This document shows, piece by piece, positions 53,227 to 63,141 of a stretch of 64,000 bases of DNA; position 1 is the first letter of the stretch, and every line of letters starts with the position of its first letter. A model generated the notes under the pieces. It was not told the origin of the DNA. It saw only the letters and a program-made list of their open reading frames with translations, and did no database searches. The position numbers were made by a program, and so were the translations under genes. The stretch lies in assembly GCA_963677925.2 (NCBI GenBank), contig CAXXYH010000004.1, forward strand, positions 2,176,001-2,240,000. The letters run 5' to 3'. Source of the DNA: Spirochaetia bacterium (GTDB lineage Bacteria > Spirochaetota > Spirochaetia > UBA9216).

Positions 53227-54969
53227 TCAGACCGCAAGCACAAAAAGCCATCCTGCCATGACGGCAAGACCGATTGAAAATGAGATGAAAAGACCGCTGT
53301 AGCTGCGTGGACGTTCTCTGATGATTCTGAGTACTGATTTCCCCGGTATTGTTTTAAACAGCAGATATATTATTAATCCGCATATAATTATTATTCCTGT
53401 TTTTATCAGGCTGTCTGCAGAATATAGTGCAGGCGGGATGACTTTTACCTTGGCATCAATCCCTGCAGGATTCAGCAGGTGCCCGGCCAGAACTGACAGC
53501 CGGGGTGCCGCAATTCCGGCTGCAAGGCAGAGGAGTGAAAGAAAAAGCTGTGCAATTTCAGCAGCAGGACTGACCCGCTTATCCAAAGGCTCAATCTTAT
53601 TAACTTTTTCCCTCCGGCCGGAGGGGAGAAATATTCTTGAAAGCTTGATAAATGAAGCAACTGTTCCTACACTGGCAATAGTCAGGATCGTGTATTCCCA
53701 TCTTCCTTTCAGGCCGTACAGGAGGGCCGATTTGCTGGCGAATCCGTTTAAAGGCGGAATGGCGGAAATTGCCATGGCGGCAAGAAAAAAGGCAATTGCA
53801 GTAAGCGGCAGACGTTCTCCCGCTTTTCGCAGAAGAGATGCACCGTTTCTTAGTTTATATACATCCCTCTCTCCGGCAAGATCAGTCAGACTTCCTACAG
53901 TAAGAAAGAGAGCGCCTTTGAACATAGCGTGATACATGGCATGCAGAAAGGCTGCTGTCATGAGGATCAGGCCTGCCTGACTGTGAAGACCTATGCTCAC
54001 AGCGGCTCCCCAGGCACAGACTATATAGCCGATCTGACTGATGGAATGATATGCAAGCAGACGTTTCGCATCTTTCTGTGAAAGTGCGATGATGACCGCC
54101 GCAAGGGCTGTGATTCCGCCGGCGTAACCAAGCAGTTGACCGGCTGCTGCTCCAAAGGGGAGTATAAGCAGAATTCTTGAAAGTGCAAAAAGCGGAGTTT
54201 TTATTAGTACTCCCGACAGAACTGCAGAAACTGCGTGCGGGGCCATTGCGTGGGCATCAGGCAGCCAGCCGTAGAGAGGCAGGACTGCAACCCTGAGGGC
54301 TACGGCTGCAACAACCAGGGCCAGAGAGATAGCCGCTGTTGTTCCTCCGTTGTTTTCAAGGACTGAAAGGCCGGCTGCAATACCTTCATAGGAGAGGGAA
54401 CCTGTCAGCCGGTAGAATCCGTAAAGTCCTGCCAGAAAGAATATCATAGCGGTGGCGCTGACCATCAAATAGGAAAATGCTGCAAGGTAGGCTCCCTTTT
54501 TTTCTGAAAATGTAACCAGTGTGTACGAAGCTATTCCCATAACTTCCAGACATACAAAAAGGTTGAACATATCTGCTGTTATAGCCGTTGCTGTCAGGGC
54601 CGCTGTCTGAATCAGAAATATTGCTGTGAATTTAGGGCCTCTGGGACCGGCTCCTGTTGAATAGAGCCAGGCAGGCATCGCAACTGAAAATCCTAGAAAT
54701 ATTACAAGCCATGCCAGACCGTCAAATTTGTAGGATATTCCGACACCGGAATGCCAGTCTCCGATTATTCCGGAATAAATCTTTCCCTGCAGCAGCCAGG
54801 GCAGTATTGAAAACAGTACCAGCCAGGGAAGCAGCAGTCCTATTGCTGCTCCCATATATTCGAGAATTTTCTGCAGCCGGTTTTTAAAAAAGGCTTTAGA
54901 GCAGAAGACCACTGCCGCCCCTAAGAGAGGCAGCAGAACAGGCAGGAAAATAATATCAGAACCCTTCAT
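53227..54969 (-). CDS. mnhD: Mrp/Mnh antiporter subunit D (MbhH-like)
   Basis: DMFNLFVCLEV, WLPDAH, KRLLAYHSISQIG, PPLNGFASK. Confidence 0.88.
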   Translation of the reverse strand: MKGSDIIFLPVLLPLLGAAVVFCSKAFFKNRLQKILEYMGAAIGLLLPWLVLFSILPWLLQGKIYSGIIGDWHSGVGISYKFDGLAWLVIFLGFSVAMPAWLYSTGAGPRGPKFTAIFLIQTAALTATAITADMFNLFVCLEVMGIASYTLVTFSEKKGAYLAAFSYLMVSATAMIFFLAGLYGFYRLTGSLSYEGIAAGLSVLENNGGTTAAISLALVVAAVALRVAVLPLYGWLPDAHAMAPHAVSAVLSGVLIKTPLFALSRILLILPFGAAAGQLLGYAGGITALAAVIIALSQKDAKRLLAYHSISQIGYIVCAWGAAVSIGLHSQAGLILMTAAFLHAMYHAMFKGALFLTVGSLTDLAGERDVYKLRNGASLLRKAGERLPLTAIAFFLAAMAISAIPPLNGFASKSALLYGLKGRWEYTILTIASVGTVASFIKLSRIFLPSGRREKVNKIEPLDKRVSPAAEIAQLFLSLLCLAAGIAAPRLSVLAGHLLNPAGIDAKVKVIPPALYSADSLIKTGIIIICGLIIYLLFKTIPGKSVLRIIRERPRSYSGLFISFSIGLAVMAGWLFVLAV

Positions 54970-55310
54970 TTTGAGTCCCTGTTTATCTTTCTGCGTATTT
55001 CATCGATATCGAAGGTCCCGGTTGAATTATAAAGCCGGTAGGCTATGGAGAGTGCAAGAGCTGTAACACAGACACCGATTACTATTGCTGTTAGCATAAG
55101 GGCCTGAGGGACCGGATCAACGATTGATTTTACACCGTCTGTCAATATAGGAGCATTATCACCAATTATCGCTCCTTCCTTAACAAAAAGGATTACTATT
55201 GTGCTGTTAAGTATGCATAGTCCGAATATCTTCTTAATGATATTTTTCTTTCCTACAACTCCGTAAAATCCTGTAAGAAAGAGAACCAGCAGCAGGATAC
55301 GGTCTAACAT
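54966..55310 (-). CDS. mnhC: Mrp/Mnh subunit C
   Basis: DPVPQALMLTAIVIG. Confidence 0.9.
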   Translation of the reverse strand: MLDRILLLVLFLTGFYGVVGKKNIIKKIFGLCILNSTIVILFVKEGAIIGDNAPILTDGVKSIVDPVPQALMLTAIVIGVCVTALALSIAYRLYNSTGTFDIDEIRRKINRDSK

Positions 55311-56074
55311 GCTTCAAAATCTCCCATCATGGCAACGCTCATGTAGGCAAGTCCGGAACCTACCTTAAGGCCTATTACCGCATTCAGCAGTATAATAAAA
55401 CCCACCTGCGGAATCTCAGTGCCTCTGAAAGGATTTGCAAAAAATCCGATCCCTGTGATAATACCGGCGCCGGAGGCTATTACAAATAAAAGAAAAGAAA
55501 GGGCTTCTATCCGGTTCAGGATATCGGCTCTTGCCAGCACATTGCTGTAATTGCCTCTTGTCCCCAGTGTTATAAATATTATTCCGGATGCAATTACAAC
55601 TCCGCCCTGAAAGCCTCCGCCCGGCGACATGTGCCCGAAGAGTATTACATAAAGACCGAAAATCAGAACTATCGGTCCCAGTTTTCCTGTTACAACTTCC
55701 ATAAGTACAGTACGTTTACGGGTTAGAAAAACCGGATTTTTCCCGGCTGCAGCAGCCCTGTTTGCAGAGTCTTCGCTGCAGTACTCCGGAGCGATGTTTT
55801 TACCGGTATAGGCAATCATCCCTATGGTACCGCTGATTGCAACCAGAAGGACAATTGTCTCCCCGAGGGTGTCATATGCTCTGTATCCAAGATATATTGA
55901 GCTCACAATGTTTACTGCACCGGTTTCTTCATGTCCGCTCTGCTCAAGATAGTCTCTGATTTTTGCCGGCCATCTTGAGTTCTCCATAAAAACCGGCAGC
56001 AGGACAGCAGTCACTAATAATACCGGAAGCAGAATCTGAAATATCCTTAAAAAAGATTTCAAAATAAATTTCAT
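55304..56074 (-). CDS. mnhB: Mrp/Mnh subunit B (MbhE+MbhF-like fusion)
   Basis: NIVSSIYLGYRAYDTLGE and GHMSPGGGFQGG motifs. Confidence 0.87.
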   Translation of the reverse strand: MKFILKSFLRIFQILLPVLLVTAVLLPVFMENSRWPAKIRDYLEQSGHEETGAVNIVSSIYLGYRAYDTLGETIVLLVAISGTIGMIAYTGKNIAPEYCSEDSANRAAAAGKNPVFLTRKRTVLMEVVTGKLGPIVLIFGLYVILFGHMSPGGGFQGGVVIASGIIFITLGTRGNYSNVLARADILNRIEALSFLLFVIASGAGIITGIGFFANPFRGTEIPQVGFIILLNAVIGLKVGSGLAYMSVAMMGDFEAC

Positions 56075-56307
56075 CAGCTTTTATCCCATTTATCAGTGAC
56101 CTTTATGGCCCAGACAAAGATGATGGTTGAAATCCCTGCTCCAACTGCCGCCTCTGTAATTGCAACATCAGGCGCTTTTAAAAGATAGAAAAGCATGGCT
56201 GAGATCAGACTGAAGGCGGAAAGTGCAAGTATACCATGCAGGAGATTCCGGCTTGTCAGGGTATATACTGCCAGAATGATAAGCATAAGTATCATTATTC
56301 TAACCAT
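56074..56307 (-). CDS. DUF4040 / MbhD-like small subunit
   Basis: APDVAITEAAVGAG; ATG at 56307. Confidence 0.87.
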   Translation of the reverse strand: MVRIMILMLIILAVYTLTSRNLLHGILALSAFSLISAMLFYLLKAPDVAITEAAVGAGISTIIFVWAIKVTDKWDKS

Positions 56308-56629
56308 TTTCCCTGCCTTTGCTTTTGGGAGGCTTTTGGCCGGAAACACCGGAGTTCCAGATAAATCTTGCCACTATATGTGAGCTGGTTGGTGAGGAGA
56401 CCATGAAAAAAGCGGCTATTATCAGAACTCTTGCGGCAATCGCCCAACCCGGTGATAGGGCGAGCGCTCCTATCATGATTGAAAATACTGCAGTTGTGCC
56501 GCAGAGCGAACCTGCCTGCAGTCTCTGGTAGGGATCTTTAAAACGGAACAGTCCGATAAGTCCTGCTGTTCCGAATATGACGGCACTTAGAAATGCCGCT
56601 GCTGCAATGATGTCAAGAGCAAGTCTCAT
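56300..56629 (-). CDS. mnhG: Mrp/Mnh subunit G
   Basis: GLFRFKDPYQRLQA, SPTSSH. Confidence 0.87.
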   Translation of the reverse strand: MRLALDIIAAAAFLSAVIFGTAGLIGLFRFKDPYQRLQAGSLCGTTAVFSIMIGALALSPGWAIAARVLIIAAFFMVSSPTSSHIVARFIWNSGVSGQKPPKSKGRENG

Positions 56630-56910
56630 CAGCTACCATCTCCGTCGCCTGAGAATTTATCCTTCAGAAAGCGTGCTATGGCAAGGAATCCCAGAAATCC
56701 GAATATATCATAGACAAGGGCCACATCAAGATAGAGGGCCCTTCCTTCGCTTACACCTCTTGTTACAAGAAAAGCCAGTACAACGCCTGACAGAATATTA
56801 AGGGCTACCAGTCTGTCTGATGAGGTCGGGCCGGAAATCATCCGGATGATGCAGATCAGAGCGCATAAAAGCAGGAACCACTTCATCCACTCAAGCATGA
56901 GCATACGCAT
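56629..56910 (-). CDS. mnhF: Mrp/Mnh subunit F
   Basis: GPTSSDRLVAL, YLDVALVY. Confidence 0.88.
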   Translation of the reverse strand: MRMLMLEWMKWFLLLCALICIIRMISGPTSSDRLVALNILSGVVLAFLVTRGVSEGRALYLDVALVYDIFGFLGFLAIARFLKDKFSGDGDGS

Positions 56911-56916
56911 GACAGC

Positions 56917-57456
56917 TTACCTCCAAACCCGGTTAAGCATTGTTTCCATACGGCCCTTAACTGCATCTCCGGCTACCTTTGAGTGGTGGGTGTTGCAGAA
57001 CATCCAGTGAACTGTGAGATGGTCGTCGTTTAAATCAAGTGTGATTGTTCCGGGAGTAAAGGTTATTGAATTGGAGAGTATCATTCTGGCAAGATCCGAA
57101 CGGAGTCTAGTTTTAAAGTGAACTATCTTAGGTGAAATTTTTCCCGAGAATACAGCAGGAAGCATTTTCAAACTCGATGCATACATAGCGTATATAATGT
57201 AGAAAAGAAATATTGCAAGCCTGAAAGGACTCAGGAAAAAAAGGCTTCTTGATACCTCGTGTTCAGCTATAAATACTCCATAGGTTAGCCATGAAATGAG
57301 AATCGACCCGGCCAGTCCTGCAATAATTGAATAAATATTCCATGTGAAGGAGAACAGCAGCCAGACCGCGAAAAGTGCGGAGGTAGTAAGTAAGAAACGA
57401 ATCAGCTTCCAGAGGCGTGAAGCTGATTCAGAACTCAGTCTGCTTTTATCATTCAC
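56917..57456 (-). CDS. mnhE: Mrp/Mnh subunit E
   Basis: LSNSITFTPGTIT, LTVH. Confidence 0.88.
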   Translation of the reverse strand: MNDKSRLSSESASRLWKLIRFLLTTSALFAVWLLFSFTWNIYSIIAGLAGSILISWLTYGVFIAEHEVSRSLFFLSPFRLAIFLFYIIYAMYASSLKMLPAVFSGKISPKIVHFKTRLRSDLARMILSNSITFTPGTITLDLNDDHLTVHWMFCNTHHSKVAGDAVKGRMETMLNRVWR

Positions 57457-57462
57457 CGGTAT

Positions 57463-57921
57463 TTATCCTTCTTCAGCAATGAAAACCGATAAAAGTTGCT
57501 GAGGTGACCCGGAGGAAATCAGACTGTTTCTAAAATCTTCGTTATGAAGCAGTCTCGCCGTTTTAGACAGAAGTTTCAGATGAGTTCTAACCCCGGATTT
57601 TGGTCCGATCATCATTAGTACGATTGTAACCGGTTCTCCGTCAGTAGATGAAAAATCTATTCCTCCGGGTATTACAGCCGCCGCCATCGCAGTTTTTTCT
57701 GTACTCTCTGTCAGAGCATGCGGAACCGCACAGCCTGAACCTATGGCAGTAACCGAGATATCCTCACGGGCCAGAACCTCTGAAAACAGTGCCTTGTTAT
57801 CTTCGATTTTAAGAAAATCAGCAAGTCTGTCCGTCATAAGCCTGAGCAGTTCCTCTTTCGACTTAGCAGGAGGGTTAATGAAAATACAGTCAGGAGATAT
57901 CAGCGGATATATTTTAATCAT
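57463..57921 (-). CDS. PTS EIIA domain protein (PtsN/fructose-mannitol type)
   Basis: ARE...TAIGSGCAVPHA phospho-His motif, HLKLLSKTARLL. Confidence 0.88.
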   Translation of the reverse strand: MIKIYPLISPDCIFINPPAKSKEELLRLMTDRLADFLKIEDNKALFSEVLAREDISVTAIGSGCAVPHALTESTEKTAMAAAVIPGGIDFSSTDGEPVTIVLMMIGPKSGVRTHLKLLSKTARLLHNEDFRNSLISSGSPQQLLSVFIAEEG

Positions 57922-57923
57922 AT

Positions 57924-58286
57924 TCAGGACTCCTCATCGAATTCTATCAACCCTGCAGCCCAGTCTATAGGCAGCGTAAACATTATTCCGGTTCCGGGGT
58001 TTTTAAGGCCTCCGACAACCTCATCAATCAGCACTCTGACACGTTTTATAACTTCATCATCGGTAACTACAGAAATGATGGTTTTGTTATAGGGTTTATT
58101 GCCTTTCATGAATTCCTTGAATCCGGCAAAGAGAGGAACCTCATAGGCAAGGAACCTGCCCATTCCCTCTGAGTCAAACATTGTTGCTCCGTCAATACCA
58201 GCCTCCACATAGGCTTCAAGCACCTCTTCGAGCAGTTCTTCCTTGTTCAGAATAAAAACGAGCAGTTTCATTAATTTATTATTCAC
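57924..58286 (-). CDS. PII-like (GlnB-fold) protein
   Basis: GATMFDSEGMG, GTGIMFTLPI..G; size and pattern fit PII-like proteins. Confidence 0.65.
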   Translation of the reverse strand: MNNKLMKLLVFILNKEELLEEVLEAYVEAGIDGATMFDSEGMGRFLAYEVPLFAGFKEFMKGNKPYNKTIISVVTDDEVIKRVRVLIDEVVGGLKNPGTGIMFTLPIDWAAGLIEFDEES

Positions 58287-58312
58287 CTAAAAGTAAGTTT
58301 CTGTCAAATTCC

Positions 58313-58867
58313 TTAGCTGATTAAAGCTACAGTTCCTTTTTTCTTTCTTTCACCAAGCATAAATTTATTTTCCGCTGCAGGGTAGCCTATAATTACTGCA
58401 CAGATAACCCTGTTGTTTTCGGGAATCCCGGCTTCTTTTTTGAGCTCTGCATTTTCAGGACTGTTTAAAATCATGGACGGAGATGCAAGAAAGCATGAAC
58501 CCAGACCAAGACCTGTAGCCTCAAGCAGCATGTTCTCTGCAGATAATGCTGTATTTACTGCAGTGTAGGGTGCCTCCTGCGGTCCTGAAAGAAGTATCAG
58601 TACTGGTGCACTGTACAGCGGCTGGTAACCGGGGAGTGCCGCCCTCTGTCTGAGGAATTCTCTTTCGGATTTTACCATTTTTTCATGTGTGAGGTTATTT
58701 ATCTTCTCAAGCAGCTGTGGATTTGTAATTGCTGAAATATGAAAGTCACCGGCTACCGGACCCCACTGTCCTGCTTCAAGAACCTGGTTGATAATATCCT
58801 CAGGAACTGTTTTCTCAATATAAGCTCTGGTACTTTTTCGTGCTCTTACTGCTTCGGTAATTGTCAT
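58313..58867 (-). CDS. Nitroreductase family protein
   Basis: RKSTRAY, ENMLLEATGLGLGSC, IGYP. Confidence 0.9.
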   Translation of the reverse strand: MTITEAVRARKSTRAYIEKTVPEDIINQVLEAGQWGPVAGDFHISAITNPQLLEKINNLTHEKMVKSEREFLRQRAALPGYQPLYSAPVLILLSGPQEAPYTAVNTALSAENMLLEATGLGLGSCFLASPSMILNSPENAELKKEAGIPENNRVICAVIIGYPAAENKFMLGERKKKGTVALIS

Positions 58868-58994
58868 ATGATTTCCTTTGTTTTAATTTAATTCTTAATT
58901 TTATTACCTCTCAATTAAAGCATAAAACCATATCCGACTACAATAAATAAAAGGAAATCATTGATAAAAATATTATTAGAATATACGATGCGGC

Positions 58995-59735
58995 ATGAAT
59001 AGAAAAACATTGATTATAATGAGCTCAGCGCTTATTGCGTCATCGGTATGCATGTTTGCCATCCATCTTCTGATTTTCAGAGATCTGCATCACATAATGA
59101 TCTATACCATTCATGATATCGCTTTTCTGCCGATTGAAGTACTTATAGTAAGCCTGTTTTTTCACAGGATAATAGAATCCGTACAGAAAAAGAATATGCT
59201 TGAGAAGATGAACATGGCTGTCGGCCTCTTTTTCAGTGAGGGAGGGACTGAGCTTCTGACCTTGATTGTAGCTATGGATCAGGACGCTGACGAGATCAGC
59301 AGTGAGCTTATAGTTGCACCGCAATGGAAAAAGAAAGAGTATGAAACAGCTTTGAAGCGGGTTGAGAAACTCGAAGGTGATCTGCAGATTACTCCGGATA
59401 CGCTTCTTGAGATAAGGGAGCTTCTTAATTCAAGGAGGGAATTCCTGCTTTCGCTTCTTGGTAATCCTAATCTGATTGAGCATGAAACCTTTACGGATAT
59501 GGTTCTTGCGGTATTTCATCTTTCGGAGGAACTTGCTGCACGTGATGATTTTTATTTTCTTCCGGAGAGCGATCTCAGGCATCTTGATATTGATATAATG
59601 AGAGCCTATAAACTGCTGGTAAAGGAATGGCTGCGTTATATGGAAAACATACAGAGGAATTATCCCTATCTGTTTTCAATGGCTGTGAGAACCAATCCGC
59701 TTAAGAAAAATCCGGACCCTGTATTCAGGCAGTAA
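58995..59735 (+). CDS. Hypothetical membrane protein
   Basis: 246-aa ORF with two N-terminal TM segments and a helical soluble domain. Confidence 0.75.
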   Translation: MNRKTLIIMSSALIASSVCMFAIHLLIFRDLHHIMIYTIHDIAFLPIEVLIVSLFFHRIIESVQKKNMLEKMNMAVGLFFSEGGTELLTLIVAMDQDADEISSELIVAPQWKKKEYETALKRVEKLEGDLQITPDTLLEIRELLNSRREFLLSLLGNPNLIEHETFTDMVLAVFHLSEELAARDDFYFLPESDLRHLDIDIMRAYKLLVKEWLRYMENIQRNYPYLFSMAVRTNPLKKNPDPVFRQ

Positions 59736-60885
59736 AATCCTCAGGAAGCGGGACAGGGAGCTCAAAACTGCTTTCCATTTCATAGAACTCATGGGTTTTG
59801 GCTGATTCAAGCATCTTAATCATTACTTCAAGGGCGTGAAAGGCCATCTTTCCGCTTGCTCTTGGGGATCGCTTGTCCCTGATTGCGTAAGCCATATCTA
59901 CAAGGCCGATACCCCGGCTGTTTTTTGCATGCGATGTAGAGCTGAAGGGTTTGTTTACCGGCACTTTAATCCAAGGTTCGGGTTTTTCATCACGCGGAAA
60001 ACCGAACCAACGGTATTCCTTCTGTGTTTTCAGGAGAACCTCACCACCGAAGATGTTGGGTCCGTCAAGAGGATCCGGATCCTTCATGCAGATGGTTCCC
60101 TTAGTACCGTAAATCTCGATTCGCGGCATTTCAGAGTCCCAGACATCAAAGCTGGTGATTACAGACGCTATTGCACCGCTTGCAAATTCAAGATTTCCAA
60201 GAATATGAGTATCAACTTCTACATCAAGGATCTCTCCCTTGTAGGGACCTCCGAGAACCTCTCTGCGATTAAATGATTTTTTTGCCATTGCACTGCAGCG
60301 TTTTACAGGCCCCATCAGTGAAAACAATGCTGTAAGATAATACGGGCCCATATCAAGAAGCGGGCCTGCACCTTCTTTGAAATAGAAAAAGGGGCTGTTG
60401 TGGAAGGTGTCAATACCATGATAGAGGCAGTAGGCTCCCGCCCCGATGATATCGCCGATTTTCCCCTGATCAATTATTTCACGGCAGGTCTGAAGTCTTG
60501 CTCCAAGAAAGGTATCAGGTGCACATCCAATGTACAAGCCCTTTTCCTCCGCCAGCCGCATGGTTTCCCTTGCACTTTCAAGGTCGGTTCCAAGAGGCTT
60601 TTCGCTGTAGACATGTTTGCCGGCCTTCAGCGCAGCATTATTTATCCCGCTGTGAGCTCCGGGGACTGTAAGATTTAAAACTATATCAATATCTACATCA
60701 TTTATCAGCTCAGCGGCCGAGCCGTAGGCTCTGGGGATGCCAAGTTCTGCTGCTCTTTTCTCAGCCTTCTCTTTGCTCCTGGCCGCACAGGCAAGAACAT
60801 TTACTATGTCATACTGTTTAAGGTTGTTGATATACTTATCACTAATATCTCCAACACCGATTACACCTACATTATATTTATTCAT
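59725..60885 (-). CDS. Gfo/Idh/MocA family oxidoreductase
   Basis: GVIGVGDIS, YSEKP, APDTFLG, DMGPYY; ATG at 60885 after AAGGAG. Confidence 0.9.
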   Translation of the reverse strand: MNKYNVGVIGVGDISDKYINNLKQYDIVNVLACAARSKEKAEKRAAELGIPRAYGSAAELINDVDIDIVLNLTVPGAHSGINNAALKAGKHVYSEKPLGTDLESARETMRLAEEKGLYIGCAPDTFLGARLQTCREIIDQGKIGDIIGAGAYCLYHGIDTFHNSPFFYFKEGAGPLLDMGPYYLTALFSLMGPVKRCSAMAKKSFNRREVLGGPYKGEILDVEVDTHILGNLEFASGAIASVITSFDVWDSEMPRIEIYGTKGTICMKDPDPLDGPNIFGGEVLLKTQKEYRWFGFPRDEKPEPWIKVPVNKPFSSTSHAKNSRGIGLVDMAYAIRDKRSPRASGKMAFHALEVMIKMLESAKTHEFYEMESSFELPVPLPEDFTA

Positions 60886-60955
60886 CGTAACTCCTTCTGA
60901 CAATGATGAATGCCGTTATCTCCAATCATATATCCTGAAGGGGGCTGAACACAAA

Positions 60956-61819
60956 TTATTTCGGGCTTTTTTTAAGTCTTATTAGTTCAATATGCGGATC
61001 CGCGAAGAATCTTACCGGCATACTTGATACACCGACTCCGTTCGAGACAATCAGCCGGTTGATATCGCTGAAATAGCAGCCCCTCCAGTATTGCCGGTTC
61101 TGCAGCGGCAGTACTGGTGCATACCATCCAAGGAAGGTTATCTGCCCGCCGTGTGTATGCCCGGAAAGCATCAGGTCAACCCGTTTGTCATTCCTTATTA
61201 TCGAATACATTTCAGGCGAATGAGAAAGCAGAATGCATAGATCATCTTTTTCAACATCACTTAAGGTCAGCTGTATTCCCGGAAAATCAGTGTAATAATC
61301 CGCCAGCCCTGCAACCGTTAATTTCTGTCCGTCTATTTGAAACTGTACCGTACTGTTGTCCAGTACCTGAAACCCCATAGATTCAAGTTTGTCCCGGACA
61401 TTATAGGGGGAAACAAAATTATCGTGATTTCCCATCACTACAGCGTTTTTTAATGCAGCAAGAGGAGCCAGCTTTTCAAGCGCAGCGTCAAAATCCTCAG
61501 TATGTCCGTCAATATAGTCACCGCCCAGAAGTACAATATCCGGCTCGAGCGCCAGAATCTTTTCCACGGCCCCGGTGAAATACCCTTCAGGAAGCAGGCG
61601 GCTGATGTGGAGATCAGATACAAAGACTATTCGAATTACCTCTGATTCTTCTGCTAACTCATCAGCGTAAACAGTTGATTCTTTTACTGTGAGAATGCTT
61701 GCGCAGCCGGAAAAAATCAGGACGAATAATGCTGTTAAAATGAACTGCAGGCTGACTGGAGGTTTCAGGTACTTTGTCACGTTTCTATAGATAACATAAA
61801 ACAGCTTCAGTTTCATCAC
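60956..61819 (-). CDS. Calcineurin-like metallophosphoesterase (YkuE/YaeI-like)
   Basis: SDLH, GGD, GNHD, SH.P, SGHTHGGQ; possible lipobox FSG-C; start uncertain. Confidence 0.9.
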   Translation of the reverse strand: MMKLKLFYVIYRNVTKYLKPPVSLQFILTALFVLIFSGCASILTVKESTVYADELAEESEVIRIVFVSDLHISRLLPEGYFTGAVEKILALEPDIVLLGGDYIDGHTEDFDAALEKLAPLAALKNAVVMGNHDNFVSPYNVRDKLESMGFQVLDNSTVQFQIDGQKLTVAGLADYYTDFPGIQLTLSDVEKDDLCILLSHSPEMYSIIRNDKRVDLMLSGHTHGGQITFLGWYAPVLPLQNRQYWRGCYFSDINRLIVSNGVGVSSMPVRFFADPHIELIRLKKSPK

Positions 61820-61877
61820 ATTAAACGATTTTTATGGCGAAGCCCCGGCTTTTCTGATAAAATACCTCTCATTATCT

Positions 61878-63140
61878 ATGAAAATCAGAAGACAAATTTT
61901 TTCTATAATAACTATTGTTCTCGCGGTATCAGGCTGCGCCAGTTATGCAAAACTTTCGGGAATATCTGATGATTATGATTCCGCACAGGAATTTTTTGCA
62001 GCCGAAGAAATCCCTGTTTTTGAGGCCGAAAGCCGGGGAATTTATTTTGACGGAAGACAGTGGTACGAACGGAGTCTGGAACTGATAGAATCGGCAGAAG
62101 ACTATATTCTGATAAATTCCTTTCTGACAACCGAGCATGAGCACTGCCGTGAGATATTCCGCGCCCTCAAGCGTAAAATGGATGAAGGCGTACGGGTTTA
62201 CTGTATATTTGACAGCGCGTCCTCCTACAGGACCTATCCAAGGTCGACGGAGGTCATACGCGCAGCTATTCCCTATGTCCGGGAACTCGGTATTCCCTAC
62301 ACAGAATACAGCCCTATCCGGGGAAGACGTGTTCCTACTTTTCTGGGGCTCTTCGACAGAGACCACCGTAAATTCTGGATAGTAGACGGAAAGGCTGTTG
62401 TTGAGGGCGGCCAGAACATCGACTATGACAGCCTCAGTTTTCCTGAAGATGGCGGCTGCATTGATACAATGGTAGAAATTGCTTCAGCGGAGTATGTATC
62501 GATGATGCAGGATGCTTTTTTCACAAGCTGGAACCGCTACTCGGTCACAAAGCTAAATAAGGAAGATTTCAGAATAAGGGCGCCTGAAAAAGGTGAACCT
62601 GTATGGGTGTTTAATCAGGACCGCGGCGATGCTTCAACGGTGACCGCCATGTTTGACGGGCTTTTCACATATGCAGAAGATGAACTCTGGCTGGTTCAGT
62701 GCTATACCTATGTTACACCCTCACTTCTGGATAAGATAAAATTTGCCGTCGATCGGGGTGTAAAGGTAAATTTTATAATATCCGAAAACCAGATCGGTGA
62801 GAGATTTGAAAAGGCCGCATTATATTCCATTAAAACTCTGCTTGAAACCGGGGCCAATGTTTATCTTTTTAACTCACCCTACAAAGCTTTGCTGCATTAC
62901 AAGCTGATTCTGGCCGACGGCAGATACGCTTCAATCGGGTCGGCAAACTATAACTTCAGATCACAGTCTCTATCGAGAGAGCTTTCGGTCATCTCTGATG
63001 ATCCTGTCCTTGTTGAAACCGTCTCCGATAATCTTGACCAGCTTATGCTCAACTGCAGACAGGTCTACCTCGAAGAGGCGGAAAACTATCAGGGGATGAA
63101 ATATCTGCTCAATTATATTCTGATGCAGTTCTGGGGATAA
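61878..63140 (+). CDS. Phospholipase D / cardiolipin synthase-like lipoprotein
   Basis: Two HKD motifs (HRKFWIVD, HYKLILAD), GSANYN; lipobox VSG-C. Confidence 0.88.
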   Translation: MKIRRQIFSIITIVLAVSGCASYAKLSGISDDYDSAQEFFAAEEIPVFEAESRGIYFDGRQWYERSLELIESAEDYILINSFLTTEHEHCREIFRALKRKMDEGVRVYCIFDSASSYRTYPRSTEVIRAAIPYVRELGIPYTEYSPIRGRRVPTFLGLFDRDHRKFWIVDGKAVVEGGQNIDYDSLSFPEDGGCIDTMVEIASAEYVSMMQDAFFTSWNRYSVTKLNKEDFRIRAPEKGEPVWVFNQDRGDASTVTAMFDGLFTYAEDELWLVQCYTYVTPSLLDKIKFAVDRGVKVNFIISENQIGERFEKAALYSIKTLLETGANVYLFNSPYKALLHYKLILADGRYASIGSANYNFRSQSLSRELSVISDDPVLVETVSDNLDQLMLNCRQVYLEEAENYQGMKYLLNYILMQFWG

Positions 63141-63141
63141 T

